64,000 nucleotides of DNA from Octopus sinensis (lineage: Eukaryota). The position numbers and the translations under genes are program-made. This document shows, one piece after another, positions 24,425-37,976 of this stretch. The notes under the pieces were generated by a model. It searched no databases. It had not been told where the DNA came from and saw only the letters and a program-made list of their open reading frames with translations. Each line of letters opens with the position of its first letter. The first letter of the stretch is position 1. Location: contig NC_043022.1 in the NCBI RefSeq assembly GCF_006345805.1, positions 21,886,001 through 21,950,000 on the forward strand, written 5' to 3'.

Positions 24425-24652
24425 TCTTTACTACCCACAAGGGGCTAAACACAGAGGGGACAAACAAGGACAGACAAAGGGATTGTCGACTACATCGACC
24501 CCAGTGCGTAACTGGTACTTAATTTATCGACCCCCGAAAGGATGAAAGGCAAAGTCGACCTTGGCGGAATTTGAACTCTGAACGTAACGACAGACGAAAT
24601 ACGGCTACGAATTTCGCCCGGCGTGCTAACGTTTGTACCAGCTCGCCGCCTT
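24425..24652 (-). mobile_element. CORE-type SINE monomer; older degraded copies near 10830-11060, 33140-33780, 40680-40900, 61370-61780 and 62520-62730
   Basis: Direct sequence similarity to 440-965. Confidence 0.8.
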
Positions 24653-24670
24653 ATTTGTAATATAGTTTAA

Positions 24671-24890
24671 CCCTTTAGTGTTCAGATTACTCTGTTAAAT
24701 ATAATACTTTTTCACTCAAATTGTTTTGCATTAATCATGCATTATCTTATAGCTTTGAGGTTTCAATGATGTGATTGTTTATTTTTAGCATGACATTGTA
24801 GGTTAGGTGTGAGAGGCTAGATATCGCCAGTTTGAATATAAGACATGTAGGATATTTGGGACGGATATGGCCGGTTTAAACACTAAAGGG
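24671..24890. mobile_element. piggyBac-type MITE; right-half fragments near 7090-7195 and 28870-29046
   Basis: TIR CCCTTTAGTGTT / AACACTAAAGGG flanked by TTAA on both sides. Confidence 0.88.
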
Positions 24891-25135
24891 TTAATAGTTT
24901 AATCTATGATGTAGTCTTGGATATATGTACGTTTATTAGCACTGTCCCTCACATGTGAGCAGTATTCTAGTATCCCTCTCTCTCTTTTGGAGAGGCACTG
25001 AGCACCTACACGCACATATACACACACGGCAGTAACTTCCGCCTGCCGAATTCAATCACAAAGCTTCGGTCGACTCAGGGCTATAGTGGGAGACACCTGC
25101 CCAAAGTGCCACGAAATTTAAGATAAACGTGTATA

Positions 25136-25300
25136 TAGGCGCAGGAGTGGCTGTGTGGTAAGTAGCTTGCTAACCAACCACATGGTTCCGGGTTCAGTCC
25201 CACTGCGTGGAATCTTGGGCAAGTGTCTTCTGCTATAGCCTCGGGCCAGCCAAAGCCTTGTGAGTGGATTTGGTAGACGGAAACTGAAAGAAGCCTGTCG

Positions 25301-25386
<86 letters not shown>

Positions 25387-25582
25387 GTGTGTTTGTCCCC
25401 CTAGCATTGCTTGACAACCGATGCCGGTGTGTTTACATCCCCGTCACTTAGCGGTTCGGCAAAAAGAGACTGATAGAATAAATACTGGGCTTACAAAGAA
25501 TAAGTCCCGGGGTCGATTTGCTCGACTAAAGGCGGTACTCCAGCATGGCCGCAGTCAAATGACTGAAACAAGTAAAAGAGTA
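25136..25582 (+). mobile_element. SINE family A copy with an expanded central (TA)n
   Basis: Full match to family A. Confidence 0.9.
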
Positions 25583-25992
25583 TAGTAACAGCACTTTATC
25601 ATTCATGTAAACAGTACACCAATGCAGATAAATGGGAATATAGTAGCAGCAGCATTGCAATATAGGTCTAAGATTTGAGTTCGGTCAAAGGCTGGCAATT
25701 GATTGAGACGAAATATTCATTGAGCTGAAGAAGGAAGCAAGTTTGCTTTTTCTTTTTTTTGATGTAGTAGTAGCAATGTGGATATTACATATTTGAGTAT
25801 ACCAACATAAGCCCAGGATGTTTGTGCATCAGCAGTACCACTGTTCCCAGAAATATGAGGAGTACTATAATATGGGTCTTGCCTGAGCCTTCTCAGCGGG
25901 TCAGCATTTTATCTACGTTGAACTATTGTCTGACTCTAAATAGGAAACATAGCACTTGTGATGCAGTTTTCATCGTGCTATATATATATATA

Positions 25993-26026
<34 letters not shown>

Positions 26027-26601
26027 GCAATGTTATATTAATTTAATAAATTAATTAATTATATTTCCTCAGTTCATAAATGTCTCTAAAAATATTATTT
26101 GGACAGGAAGTAGATTGTTGCACTATTACAATTACAGTGAAAAACATGTCCTGTTTAAATTTATGATGTTCTCTGCTCCTTCCTCCCTCACAATCGCTAA
26201 GTCAAGTGCTGTTTGTCCAACCTGAACCTCTATTGTTCTCTATTACAGATGACGTATTAAAGCGCTTTGAGAAAGATTTTGTTATGTCAAGGAACTCTGA
26301 GAAGGGTAAGAAATGTCTCTTGTTATATGAATGAATGTTGGATCTTGACTCCGTGTGATCCCTCATATAACATAAATTTCTCCTATTCCCCAATCACTTA
26401 AACTTTTACCAGTCTAACGTTATAGAAAATATATGTACCCTGTATCCTACCTAGTTGTTAGTAGACAATACAGTGAGGTGCAGTCCACCTAAATATAAGT
26501 AGCTATCACTGGGAAGTACAGTCTAGGCAGATATAATTAGATACTGTTCTGACTATCACTGGGATTTGATGCTATAATAGTTCAGGTTTGAGGCTCTACT
26601 A

Positions 26602-27168
26602 TTGGGTTGTCTGGAAAGTTTGTGCCGATTTTTAAAGGAAAGAAAAAGGTCAATAAATACTTGCCATTACGTTTTTAATCAACCAAATATGAACCATTTT
26701 GTTGCACAATGTGTCTCCATCTTTCCTTTAACTTGAAAAATACCTTCTTCCCAGAATTGAGGTGGTTTCATGGCAAAGAATTCATCAAGGTATCTTTTTA
26801 CGTCATCCAAGGAATTGAAATTTTTACCATTAAGACTATTCTGCAGAGACCTGAATAAGTGGAAATCCAAAGGAGCAATATCTGGTGAATATGGAGGGTG
26901 GGGTAACACATCCCAGCCGAGCTGCAGCAATTTTTGTCTGGTTCCCAAAACATCAAGTACCGAAAATGAACTTTCTTATCTTCCATTTTAAAGGGTTACA
27001 AAATTAACACAGGTTATAGGAACATAAACCTTCTTCCATGTAAAGATAGCTTAGACTGTGCTCTAAATGGAGGTGTAGTCAAATCCTATTTTATGGACTC
27101 GACCATGTTCTAAAATAAGTCGAAAGGTAAGCTACTACAAATTGGCATGAACTTTCTGGACAACCCAA
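26602..27168 (-). mobile_element. Mariner internal-deletion derivative with both TIRs and TA TSDs
   Basis: TIRs ttgggttgtctggaaagtttgtgccgattt / aaattggcatgaactttctggacaacccaa flanked by TA. N-terminus MEDKKVHFRYLMF fused to the C-terminal LPHPPYSPDIAPLDFHLFRSL. Confidence 0.93.
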
Positions 27169-28155
27169 TATTTTGGAACGTTTCAAAGAAACATTGGGTG
27201 AATTAAAATGTCACGAGTAGTGGAGAATCTAATCAAGCATCAGCAAACTTTTTATATCAATGACCCCTTCATGGAATTCATCATCATCATCATCATTTAA
27301 CGTCCGCTTTCCATGAAGACTTATTGAATCCCATCATATAAATTTCTAAAATAAAATGAAAATGTGTAATTAATAAAAAGTTTCATGATTTAAATACAAT
27401 AATTCCTTCATTCTTTTGTCTTTCTTTATTTTTTAATTAGGAATATTTAAAGAAGTTTAATGAAAATTACACTTATATATTTGTTTTGCAAGATTCTTGA
27501 TGTGAAATCGTGTGTTGAAACAGATATTGTTATATTTAGGAATGGTCATGTTACCAGTTTAGCCAATAAAAACACATGCACTATATATCTGGTGTTACCT
27601 TGCTTCAGCGTTATTCATTTTTTACATTAATCTTAAAGATTCTGAACCTTTGCACAACAGCTGAGAGAGAGAGAGCCATTGCTTTTGATTGCAGTGTCTT
27701 CCTCTCTCACTCTCTTACCTCATTTTGAAAGGAGGAAGAGACAAAACCTAAAATGCTAGATTCTTCCTTCCTTCCTCGTGTCTGTTGAATTTATTGATGT
27801 TTTCTGGGAACTCTCCTATCACCGGCTAATTGTTACCAATGAATGACTCAGATCACTACCAATTTTTTCAGAATTTAGAATTTTACTTTGTGATACTTGG
27901 GGTTTGAGGGTTAAAATTTCCAGCTAAGCTCTTGTTTGTCATAAACATATTTTCTGTTTTTGGTTTCTCAAGTGCCTCCTTAATGTAATGGTTAGAGGTT
28001 AGCCTCCTCCTCTTTCATCTGATGTGATATACTCAAGAGCCTCCTTGATTAGAGGCTAGTCTTCTCCTCTTCCTGCTGTTATGATGCACTTCATATAATT
28101 GGGACAGTGTTTTCAGCTGGACCAATGGGAGTGAATTGATGTATATAAACATACG

Positions 28156-28193
<38 letters not shown>

Positions 28194-29329
28194 CTGTTAT
28201 ATATGTGTGTATACATGCATACACATATGCAAAATTATACATGGATGTATGCATACACTAACACACATGTGTATGTGTGTTTAAATGTATGTTAGCATAC
28301 ATATGTCTAAGAGTGCTGTATGCCTGTGTGTATATATACACATATGCATACTCAACTACTGTTAGAAATATATGTATGCTATACTCACATGCATTCAGAT
28401 ACATGTACATATATGCATAGATGTATATGTACACACAGTTAAGTGTACATATACATACAATGACACATACATACATACATGCACACATATATACATACAT
28501 ACACACATATACATACATAGATATATACATATATAGGTACATACATAGATATATACATATATAGGTACATACATATATATATATATACACACATACATAC
28601 ATAAACTCACAACATACTTATATACGTACACATGTGCTGGAAAACCTTGGGGAGTCATGCATCCCTTAGCTTTTATTAAAGTGTGTCACTAAGAGAAGGT
28701 CACTCTGATATAAAACAAGATATGCAGGGAATGGTACTGAATAGTTTGGGAATGTTTTACTTATGTTTAAGATCATGGTGCTCCCACATTTGGGAGTCTG
28801 CAACCCATATTGGCACTGGATATTTTGCCTCAGAAAAAGAGCATCTGTGACATGTTGTGTAAACTTCATTGGACCTAGAATTTTAGGCTGTGCAAGTGTC
28901 TTGTAGCTTTGAGATTTATTGATATGATTCTTTATTTTCAGAATAACATTGTAGGATAGGTGTGAGAGATCAGATCTTGCTGTTTTGAACATAAAATAGG
29001 TAGAATATTTGAGCCTGATAGGACTTGCTTAAATGCTAAAGAGTTAAAAAATTTTTTAAGAATAACAACATTACAACAGAACATTTAAAACTTGATATTA
29101 AATTAGAGTAAAATTTATTATAAAATTCATTACAATTGGAACCTTTGAAGTTTCTTCATCTGTAGATATTACACACACACAATCGTGAGCATTTCATCAT
29201 CACATTACCGCCATCATATCATCATCATTTCCATCGTCATCATCATCAATACTGCCACAATCATCATCACCATTACTATTATTGTTGTGTGTTTGTCTCA
29301 CTCATGTAAATTTCTCTTCCAAAATGCAG

Positions 29330-29526
29330 AAAGAGTGACCATCTCTAGTGAAGAGGAAAAAGTTGTCATTATCTCACTGTCTGTCATCCTTCCTTTGGCT
29401 CTGGCAATTCTTGGTATACTAGCTTTTATTCTGGCCAGACACACTCAACAGTATAAAACCAGTTCCCAAGAAACTATCCTTCCTACAAAATGTCCTTCTT
29501 CCAAAAAGTATGTTCACACCGGAAAT
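29330..29526 (+). CDS. CUB-domain membrane protein, transmembrane exon (ERVTISSEEEKVVIISLSVILPLALAILGILAFILARHTQQYK...YVHTGN)
   Basis: Acceptor aaatgcAG in phase 1, donor AAT|GTAAGT in phase 0. About 24-residue hydrophobic stretch followed by basic residues. Confidence 0.85.
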
Positions 29527-30812
29527 GTAAGTAGTCACATCTTTGTACTTTCTATTCTTCATCTTTTCTTGATGCAGGCATGGCTGTGTGGTTAAGACAT
29601 TCACTCTTCAACTATGTAGTTTCAAGCTCACTACCGCTGCATGGCACCTTGGGAAAACGTCTACTATAGTCACAGGCTGACCAAAGCCTTGAGTGGATTT
29701 GATCAGGTGTAGCTGTGTGGTAAGAAGCTTGCTTCCCAACCACATGGTTCTGGGTTCAGTCCCACTGTGTGGCACCTTGCGCAAGTGTCTTCTACAATAG
29801 CCTAGAGCTGACCAAAGCCTTGTGAGTGGATTTGGTAGATGGATACTGAAAGAAGTCCATCATATATCTATCTATCTATCTATCATATATATATATATTT
29901 ATATATATCATCATCATCGTTTAGCGTCCGCTTTCCATGCTAGCATGGGTTGGACGGTGCAGCTGGGGTCTGGGAAGCCAGAAGGCTGCACCAGGCTCCA
30001 GTCTGATCTGGCAATGTTTCTACAGCTGGATGCCCTTCCTAACGCCAACCACTCCATGAGTGTAGTGGGTGCTTTTTACGTGCCACCGGCACAGGTGCCA
30101 GACGAGCTATATATATGTGCGTGTCTTTGTCTCTGTTTGTTCCCCTCACCACTGCTTGACAACTGATGTTGGTGTGTTTGCGTCACTGTAAGGCTTAGCA
30201 GTTCAGCAAATGAGTAAAGTACCAGGTTTTGAAAACATAAGTACTGGGGTTGATACATTTGACTAGAAATTCTGCAAGGCAGTGGTCTCCTGGATACAAA
30301 CCAGCATCATTGCTATACAAGTAGTGTCCCTCATTTTCAGATCTCCATGAAAACATGTTAAGCTATGAGGGTTGATGACAAGATGGGCATCAAGCTGGAG
30401 AAAATCTGCTTCAACAAATTTTATCTGACCCATGCAAGCATGTAACCGTAGGTGTTAAAATGATGGTGATGGTGGTGGCTGTTATACCAGGCCAACATGT
30501 AAGCATCATACAATCTGAAAGAGAACTCCTTTGATATCAGCAGTGATAACTCTCTCAACATTTTCTACTGGTACTTACTTTGGAAACTGTACTTTTGGAA
30601 CACTCACTTTAACATGAATTGGGCCACTTTGGTCAAAAGAAAAAAAAAACCTATCAGCTACTTCGAGGTGAGAGAAGTGTGTTCTTGGCTAGCATGTATG
30701 TGAATGTGTGCGTCTCTCATAATAATGATAAAATACTATATTGTTGCCTAATTATTAATTGGTTTCATACCAGAAGTTGAGGACTAACTCCAGCAATATA
30801 TGTATATGTATG

Positions 30813-30847
<35 letters not shown>

Positions 30848-31026
30848 GTATGTATATACACACACACGTATATGTATGTATATACACACACGTATATGTA
30901 TGTATATATACACACACCTATATGTATATGTATGTATATATACACACACACACACATATACGTATGTATATACATATATATATAAAATGATTTCTGAATT
31001 TTCCTTTTTTTTTGTTTTGTTTTTAG

Positions 31027-31245
31027 GAGAAGGACACAACAGTAGTGAAATTATTTGTTGATACAGATAAAAAGCCAGTAAAGGCAAACAAGGTTCGTCT
31101 CCAAGACGTGAAAACTGAGAGAGTTCCCTTGAATAGCTACGCAGATATGCCATTAAATATTTGTTCAACAGTGGCGGTAAATGATGTGCCAGAAGAGCCT
31201 GTAGAGTTTGAGGATAGACCAAATGGTTACCTTGGTCTCATGTAA
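31027..31245 (+). CDS. CUB-domain membrane protein, terminal exon with the cytoplasmic tail (EKDTTVVKLF...NSYADMP...RPNGYLGLM*)
   Basis: Acceptor ttgtttttAG in phase 0, open for 73 codons to TAA. The five exons total 812 nt, consistent with a phase-1 start. Confidence 0.82.
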   Translation, partial: EKDTTVVKLFVDTDKKPVKANKVRLQDVKTERVPLNSYADMPLNICSTVAVNDVPEEPVEFEDRPNGYLGLM

Positions 31246-32699
31246 AGTATCAGCACTGACACCAACATCACCACTAACATCAACACCAATGCCACTACTA
31301 CAACTACTACTACCACCATAACTGCAGAATTCTTTTCCTTTTGCTGGATTCGAAATCCAATACAAACCCAAAAAGAACTGACAATAAACAGCAACAACAA
31401 AAACAAAAAAAAGGGGAAGGGATTGTTGTTTGGTTGTAAGCTAATTTTCTGTTTTGTTTTCTCCCTGAGGGACGAGGCAAGCAGAGAGGGTATTGTTAGT
31501 CTTGGCCCCTCTCTGCGCCCACATCCACGTAAGTGTATGTCTTGTGGCCTCCTGACACATGTTGGATGTTAAACACAGGATACCACCAACAGTAAGATTC
31601 CTGTAGCCTTTCACACACCAGTCTGTTCATAATAGTTCTACCAAGATTAGGGCCTATATCAGTTTATTTTTAAATAGGTGTTCTTTCTAAAATGGATATT
31701 TCTTCAGTGATTTCTGTCAAGATTTAATTCATCTAGAACTAAATCTGTTCATATCTAACTTCCTCCTGATGTACTTTTACCTAGATGTTAATTTCCCTGA
31801 TATATCTTTACCTAGATGTTAGTTCACCCAGATGTATTCTTTATATATATAATAGTTCATCTAGATGTAACCTTATCTAATTGTTAGTCCATCTTAATGT
31901 AACTCTGTATTATCTGAAATTCATTGTGGTCTTCCAAAAACTATTATAAATTAAAGAAGATGGGCAAAAGCACAATCATTCACCTCTCAATTACATTACC
32001 ACAACTACAGATGACATCGAAGCTACATCACATATACTTTACTGTTATATCATTGTTTTGTAGCTACTTTGGCTAATTGTATTGCAGCTACTTCACAGCT
32101 GTATCACAGCTATAAAATACATTTATAACAGTTGCATCATATCCATTTCATAGCTACATCTAATCCACATCACTATATCAAAACTATAATACAACTACAT
32201 CACAGACATGTCCCACCTTTGTCACTGTATAATAAATCATATTAATAGCTACTTCATAGCTGTGTCATAACAATGTCATTACATCATAAACTACGTTACA
32301 GTGGCATCATGGAAGTCCCACTGTAATCTCACATTGCTCTATGAATCTATGGCAGCAACATCAAGAGCAACAAGTGGACTTGTAAATGTGGGATTACCAC
32401 ATGTTAATACAGATATGTTTGAACAAAATAGATAAAGTTAAGTTTAGAGGAAGCTAATTAGGTAAATACTGTTAATCTCATCAATATAATTAGTGTCTGT
32501 AGATGGCCCCCTTTGACCACTGCAAAGTGCATATTAAAACATGTTGATGAGGTCATTTGTTGTTGGGATTTCGTCCCTATGTTAGAATCTGTGTTTAAAC
32601 TATTGAATCTTTATTATGATCTTTGCTTCTGTTATGAACATTGTTACTGGTGTTTGATAAATCAGAGATATTCAGTTTTTAAGGCATTGACAGAGTTGG

Positions 32700-32930
32700 G
32701 TGAATCTCTGAAGATAACAAGCCACATGTGTATGTGTATGTCTCTCTTAGTGATTTACACATGAAAATGATACATCACATGTATGTATCTCTCCCTCAAC
32801 GAACAGTCTTATGAAGATGACACACCAGACATGTGTATGTGTGTATATCTCCCTTGCTGAACTGTTCTACGAAGATGACAAACAACACATTATATGTGTG
32901 TCTGTCTGTGAGTCCTTCAAAAGAACTGTT
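32700..32930. repeat. Degenerate ~60-bp tandem repeat, about 4 units
   Basis: Recurring tgaagatgaca...acatgtgtatgtgt...tctccct..gaac.gt. Confidence 0.65.
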
Positions 32931-35299
32931 TTTACACATCTCTTATTTGTTTCCAGTCAATTCAACCATTCATTAACATTTTTCTCAATTGACATTCACA
33001 ACATGCATTTTTTTAACAAAAAACAAAGCATTTTATTTACTTTACTTTTGTTCATCTGACACAGTTTTTGTAGACGCTTAGATCAATGCATCTGACTCAT
33101 CTTCGTGTCTGGCAGACTGTAGTAACACAATGGATTAGCAACCTTTTGAAAACAAGAGAAAATAGTTGTCTAACTCCCTTAGTGTGATTATTAGGGTAAT
33201 AGATTAGCAGAATTGCTTGATCATTGGAAAAAAGGGCATTGCAGTTTTTCTTCTGGCATTTTACATTCTGAGTTAAAATCCTGCTAAAGTCAGCCCTGCC
33301 TTTCATTCCTTTGGGTTTAGTAAAATAAGGCTCAAGTCAAATATTGAGTTGATTTGACTAACTCCACCCCTACCCTTACCCCTAAATTTGTGGTGTTGTA
33401 CCTATGTTAGAAACAATTATTATGGTTTGGTAAAATGAGGTCAACTCTGCTTTTCATCCTTCTGGGAACAATAAAATACCAGTGATGTAATTGACTGCTC
33501 CTTCCTAGTCAAATCTGTGGCCTTGCACACATGTTAGTAATTCTTCTTATTTTTAAAACCCTGAAGGTGGTAAGCTAGCAGAATTGTTAGCGCATTGGAT
33601 AAAATGCTTAGTGGCCATTGCTTCCAGCTCTCTGCATTTTGAGTTCAAATTCTGCCAAGGTCTACTTTGCTTTTCAACTTACATAGTTGATGAAATAGTA
33701 AAGCACCAGTTGAACATCGAGGCCACTAAAATTGTTGGCCGAAATTTGAAACCATTATTTTTGTAATTACTGTCTTCCAAATTCGCTCACCGATCTCAGA
33801 TTAAAGTAAAACAATATTTAACCTCTCTCACTTCTTCATTTTCCATCTATTTCTTTTTTTCTCCCTTGTTCCCATTCTAGTTCTTAATGGATAGGAGTGT
33901 GTGGGGGGAGCAAAAACAGAAAAAAAAAAAATAATGAAGAAGCCTCACCAGCCATGACAACTAATACAGCTCTGTTTCCATGTTGCTAAACCAATGTGGA
34001 CTTACTTTGAAAAATTTTTATTCTCTGAAAACATACATGTACCTTAACTTTGATTCCTTGCTGATGTTTTATCAGGGTTCATTCAATACATCAAGGCTAA
34101 AACTCTTAATGAACAACAACTAATAATAATGTTACTATTTGTAATGATCAACTGGACTTTGTATCTAGAACTCTTTGTTGAAAGTATTGTTTCTGAATAT
34201 TATTCCGGAGCCGTCTCTGTTTACAGCAAGTCATTGTGTTGTTCATAGAAAGATGAGGAATCAACTGCAAGTGAGCTTTAAAGTAAGGCATTCTAACCAG
34301 GTTTGCTTGTCTTCCTGTTTGTTTATCTGCCTCTTTGTCTTTCATTCCTTCCTACCCTCACTTCCTAATGTCGGTAAATAAGCATCAGTGCTAACACTGA
34401 TGCAGGGAGCATCAGGAAAGCAGCCAATTGAAAATAATTACATTGAATAAAGTGAACCTCGTCATGTAAACAAATGAACTCTGCATGCCAACATCTACAA
34501 GATTTGCATTTTTAAACATGGTGACTGACTGCTTTTTGAAACCAAATTAGATTCATCGTGAATGATTTCTTTTTGTAAGATGAGAAAATAGCAGAATGAC
34601 TGTTAAGGTATGTAAATGGGACAAAAGTTCCCATTTTTTTTTGAATCTTTGATGATTTTTATATTTTTTTTTATTTGGTTTTGTAAGTTGTGTATAAAAA
34701 GGGAATAGATTACTGGGGTGTAAAAATGTGATGTTTTTTTTTTGTTACTAAACCTCTTTCTTCGTTGTCGTCATTGTCTTTCCAATTGTTGCAGAAAAAT
34801 GTTAGCACTGGTTTTAATTTAACCTTAAATTGAGGAGGTGATTTCTCAGTGAAAGATGATAGTTTTTGAAGAGTGGCTGAGCAGTTGAATGATAAAGCAG
34901 AGGGAACCATTGTACATATGAATGTATGTATGTGTGTGACTGAGTGAGTGTGTATGTATGTACATGCATCTGTGTATAAATATGTATATAAAAGGCAGGT
35001 ATGTATGTGTGCTTGACTTGGAGAATTTGAAGTTTGGGCTGTGGGAAGTATTGGATAGGGCAAAAATTAATCAAAAGTGGAACATACAGTGGATATAGAA
35101 ATGACTATTTGGAGATACTCATGAATGCATATCAGTTAGATTTAGCAGGAGTACAATTATTATTATTTTTATTATTAATCACATATATTGGCGTTAGGAA
35201 GGGCATCCAGCTGTAGAAACACTGCCAGATCAGACAGGAGCCTGGTGCAGCCTCCATGGCTTACCAGACCCCGTCCAATATAGCTTGGCACCATTGACG

Positions 35300-35624
35300 T
35301 CGCAGCTCATTTATTAACGTGCAAGTGGCTGAGCACTCCACAGACACGCGTACTCCTAACGTAGTTCTCAAGGAGATTCAGCGTGACTCAGAGTGTGACA
35401 AGGCTGGCCCTTTGAAATACAGGTACAACAGAAACAGGAAGAAAGAGTGAGAGAAAGTTGTGGTGAAAGAGTACAGTAGGGTTCACCACTACCCCCTGCC
35501 GGAGCCTCGTGGAGCTTTAGGTGTTTTCGCTAAATAAACGCTCACAATGCCTGGTCTGGGAATCGAAACAGTGATCCTACGACTGCGAGTCTGCTGCCCT
35601 AACCACTGGGCCATTGCGTCTCCA
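35300..35624 (-). mobile_element. SINE family C (tail type iii)
   Basis: Same head and body, tail tcttcctgtttctgttgtacctgtatttcaaagggccagcc... Confidence 0.82.
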
Positions 35625-35631
35625 TACACAC

Positions 35632-36200
35632 ATATGGAGGTTGGTTGAAAAATTCATAGGCCGATTGAGATACTCACAGAATGTGACCAAATAAAGCTTA
35701 TTTTTCAACTCAGTCCCCCCTTGTGTTCCATGCACTTCTACCATCAGCGTTGCAGTGTTTGGATCCCATTGGTGAAGCAGGTTAGGAAACCAGTTGGATC
35801 TGCCTCAAACAGTGTCAGATTTTCCTGTGATGTGATCAGCCTGGTACACTTCTGGTCAGGAATCAGAAGATGTAGTACCCAGCAAGCAGAAACCTTCATG
35901 CACAAATTCATTGTGCAGAATATTCTCAACTCCCTCGTGGGATCTTCTAATAGCATTGGCTATTTGATTTATAGTCAGTTGCTTGTCATCCCTCACCATG
36001 TAGCGAACACGTTTTCCTCGGTGGTGACAGTTGCCAAGACATTTAGACCTTGGGTCATCCTCAAGACGTCCCCCCACCAAATTCAGCCACCTACATTTGC
36101 ACTGTTCATAAAGCTGGAGTGTCATCCCCTAACACAGCAACCTATATCAGCATGAATGCTGTTGGGAGCTAAAGCCTTTTTCCTGCAGGTGCTTGATAAC
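35632..36200 (-). mobile_element. Mariner remnant (N-terminal region and a TIR), related to 17044 and to a fragment at 39720-39800
   Basis: KVSACWVLHLLIPDQK...SQENLTLFEADP (WVPHLL-like). TIR-like ggttggttgaaaaattcataggccga. Confidence 0.8.
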
Positions 36201-36804
36201 GTCACGATGTCAAATATTGTTCATTTTCAAGAGAAGTTGGTACTAGTTACTTTTGAAGTCTTCTCTGAACAGTCAAATGTCAGTTCACCTGGAAAGAAAC
36301 AACTACATCACAGAATGCAAGTAAGATTTCTCAGCTCTAGCGTCATTCCCTCATAGTCAGCCTGTGAACTGTTCAGTGTGTATGTGTGTACTCTTAGTGA
36401 AAAGTGATGAAATGAAGCTATTACCTGTATCTGCATGCGTGCGTGTGTGTGTGTGTGTGGAGATGCACATAGCAGTGTTGGTGTATATATATTTTCTCCA
36501 TATCTAAATGCACTGCCTCCCCACCACAACTGCTTGTTTCCAATTTCAACTGTGATGTTATGAATGGCAGCATATCTTGATAACGAGGTTTTTTTTTTTT
36601 GTATGATGAGTTGGAGGACAATGATGATGATGATGACGATGATGCTATGACTTTCAAAACGTGCTAAGTTCCATGTATATAAATATACACGTTTTCTTTA
36701 TAAAAATCTTGTTCATTGTCTATGTATATATAAATATATTTGTCAAATGCAGTTCGTTTGAATATGTAAAGTGTTGGAGATGTCAAGCTACATACACATA
36801 TATA

Positions 36805-37976
36805 CAAGGTGTGGTGAATAAATTGTCTAAATTATGCGAAAATGAAAGTAACATTGACATCTCATTTTAACAAATATATTTTTCAAAATTACATAAAAAT
36901 ATCGTAAAATACTAATGAGTAAATTTATTCAATAAAATTGCCATTGGCTTCAACCAGTCTCCATATGATTTCAGAATCTTCTGGACGGTCTCCTTGTTTG
37001 AGTTGGTGAATGCTGTCATAAGCCTTGCCCTCAGATCCTCCTTGGTCACTCAACTGCGCCCCACATATAATAATCAAAACGGGTTGCAGCCTGAAGAATA
37101 AGGTGGCTGCCTAATTCTTCAGACAGCAACCCGTTTTGATGGCCAAGTGGTGTGATCGCAGAAATTGTCTGACATCCATGACTGGGTTCCCCTACCTGTT
37201 ACCAGACATATAGTCTTCTAGCAGCTAACCCTTTTGACCCAGGGCAGCACTACCGCCTCCAGGCACTTGATGTAGGGCCTCCGTGTTAAGTCTGAAGCCG
37301 TGTGGGAAGATGAATGGCGGCATGATGTCGCCATCACTAGTGATTACGCCAAACACCATGATTTGATTTTTATCACTCTTGGTACATGGCAAGCCAATGA
37401 TTGTTCTGTGTTCACCATCTGATCCTAGGAGAAATCTTTCTCGTCTCAGAAAAACCAAAGCATGTTCGGTTGGAGGGGATGCTTGAGTTTATTCAAAAGC
37501 TTTGTAGCATGGTTTTCCCTCTTGTCCTTGATGGCTTGGGATAAAAATTGGCCCTTCCTCATCTTGTATGAGGAATACTGAATGTCTTCATGCATTACCT
37601 GCCTTGATAAGAAACTGAGACACTCTCATGTCCTGGATCTCACCAACAAATTCAGGAATTCATTTCTTATCAGTACAATCAGTGAGTTTTCCCAGCTGCT
37701 GCACCTTCGTAATCACCATTAGACTCATCAAACTCTTTCCAAAATCCTCTGCACTGTTCTCAGATTGACATCCAAACACTCTGAGGTATTCGTAGTGAAG
37801 CTTCTGGCATGAATGCCAAACAGTACAGCATGTCGTTTCCAAATTTCTGGCAGAGTGAAGTGCGTCATGGTGCTGTTTTTCTCACAAACAGTGCCCAACT
37901 GACCCTACTACACTGTATAGTTGACATGCATGAAATTAAAAATATAAGATGGTGACAATTTACCCATCACACCCTG
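36805..37976 (-). mobile_element. Tc1/mariner maT (DD37D-like) element, near full length but degenerate
   Basis: TIRs caaggtgtggtgaataaattgtc / gacaatttacccatcacaccctg flanked by TA. IMVFGVITSDGDIMPPFIFPHG, SPDCNP-like and VEANGNFIE* motifs. Confidence 0.88.

Noticed and set aside
29185-29329. N-terminal extension of the TM-exon ORF (HHIIIISIVIII...)
   Set aside because: Intronic (CAT)n/(ATT)n repeat upstream of the real acceptor at 29329
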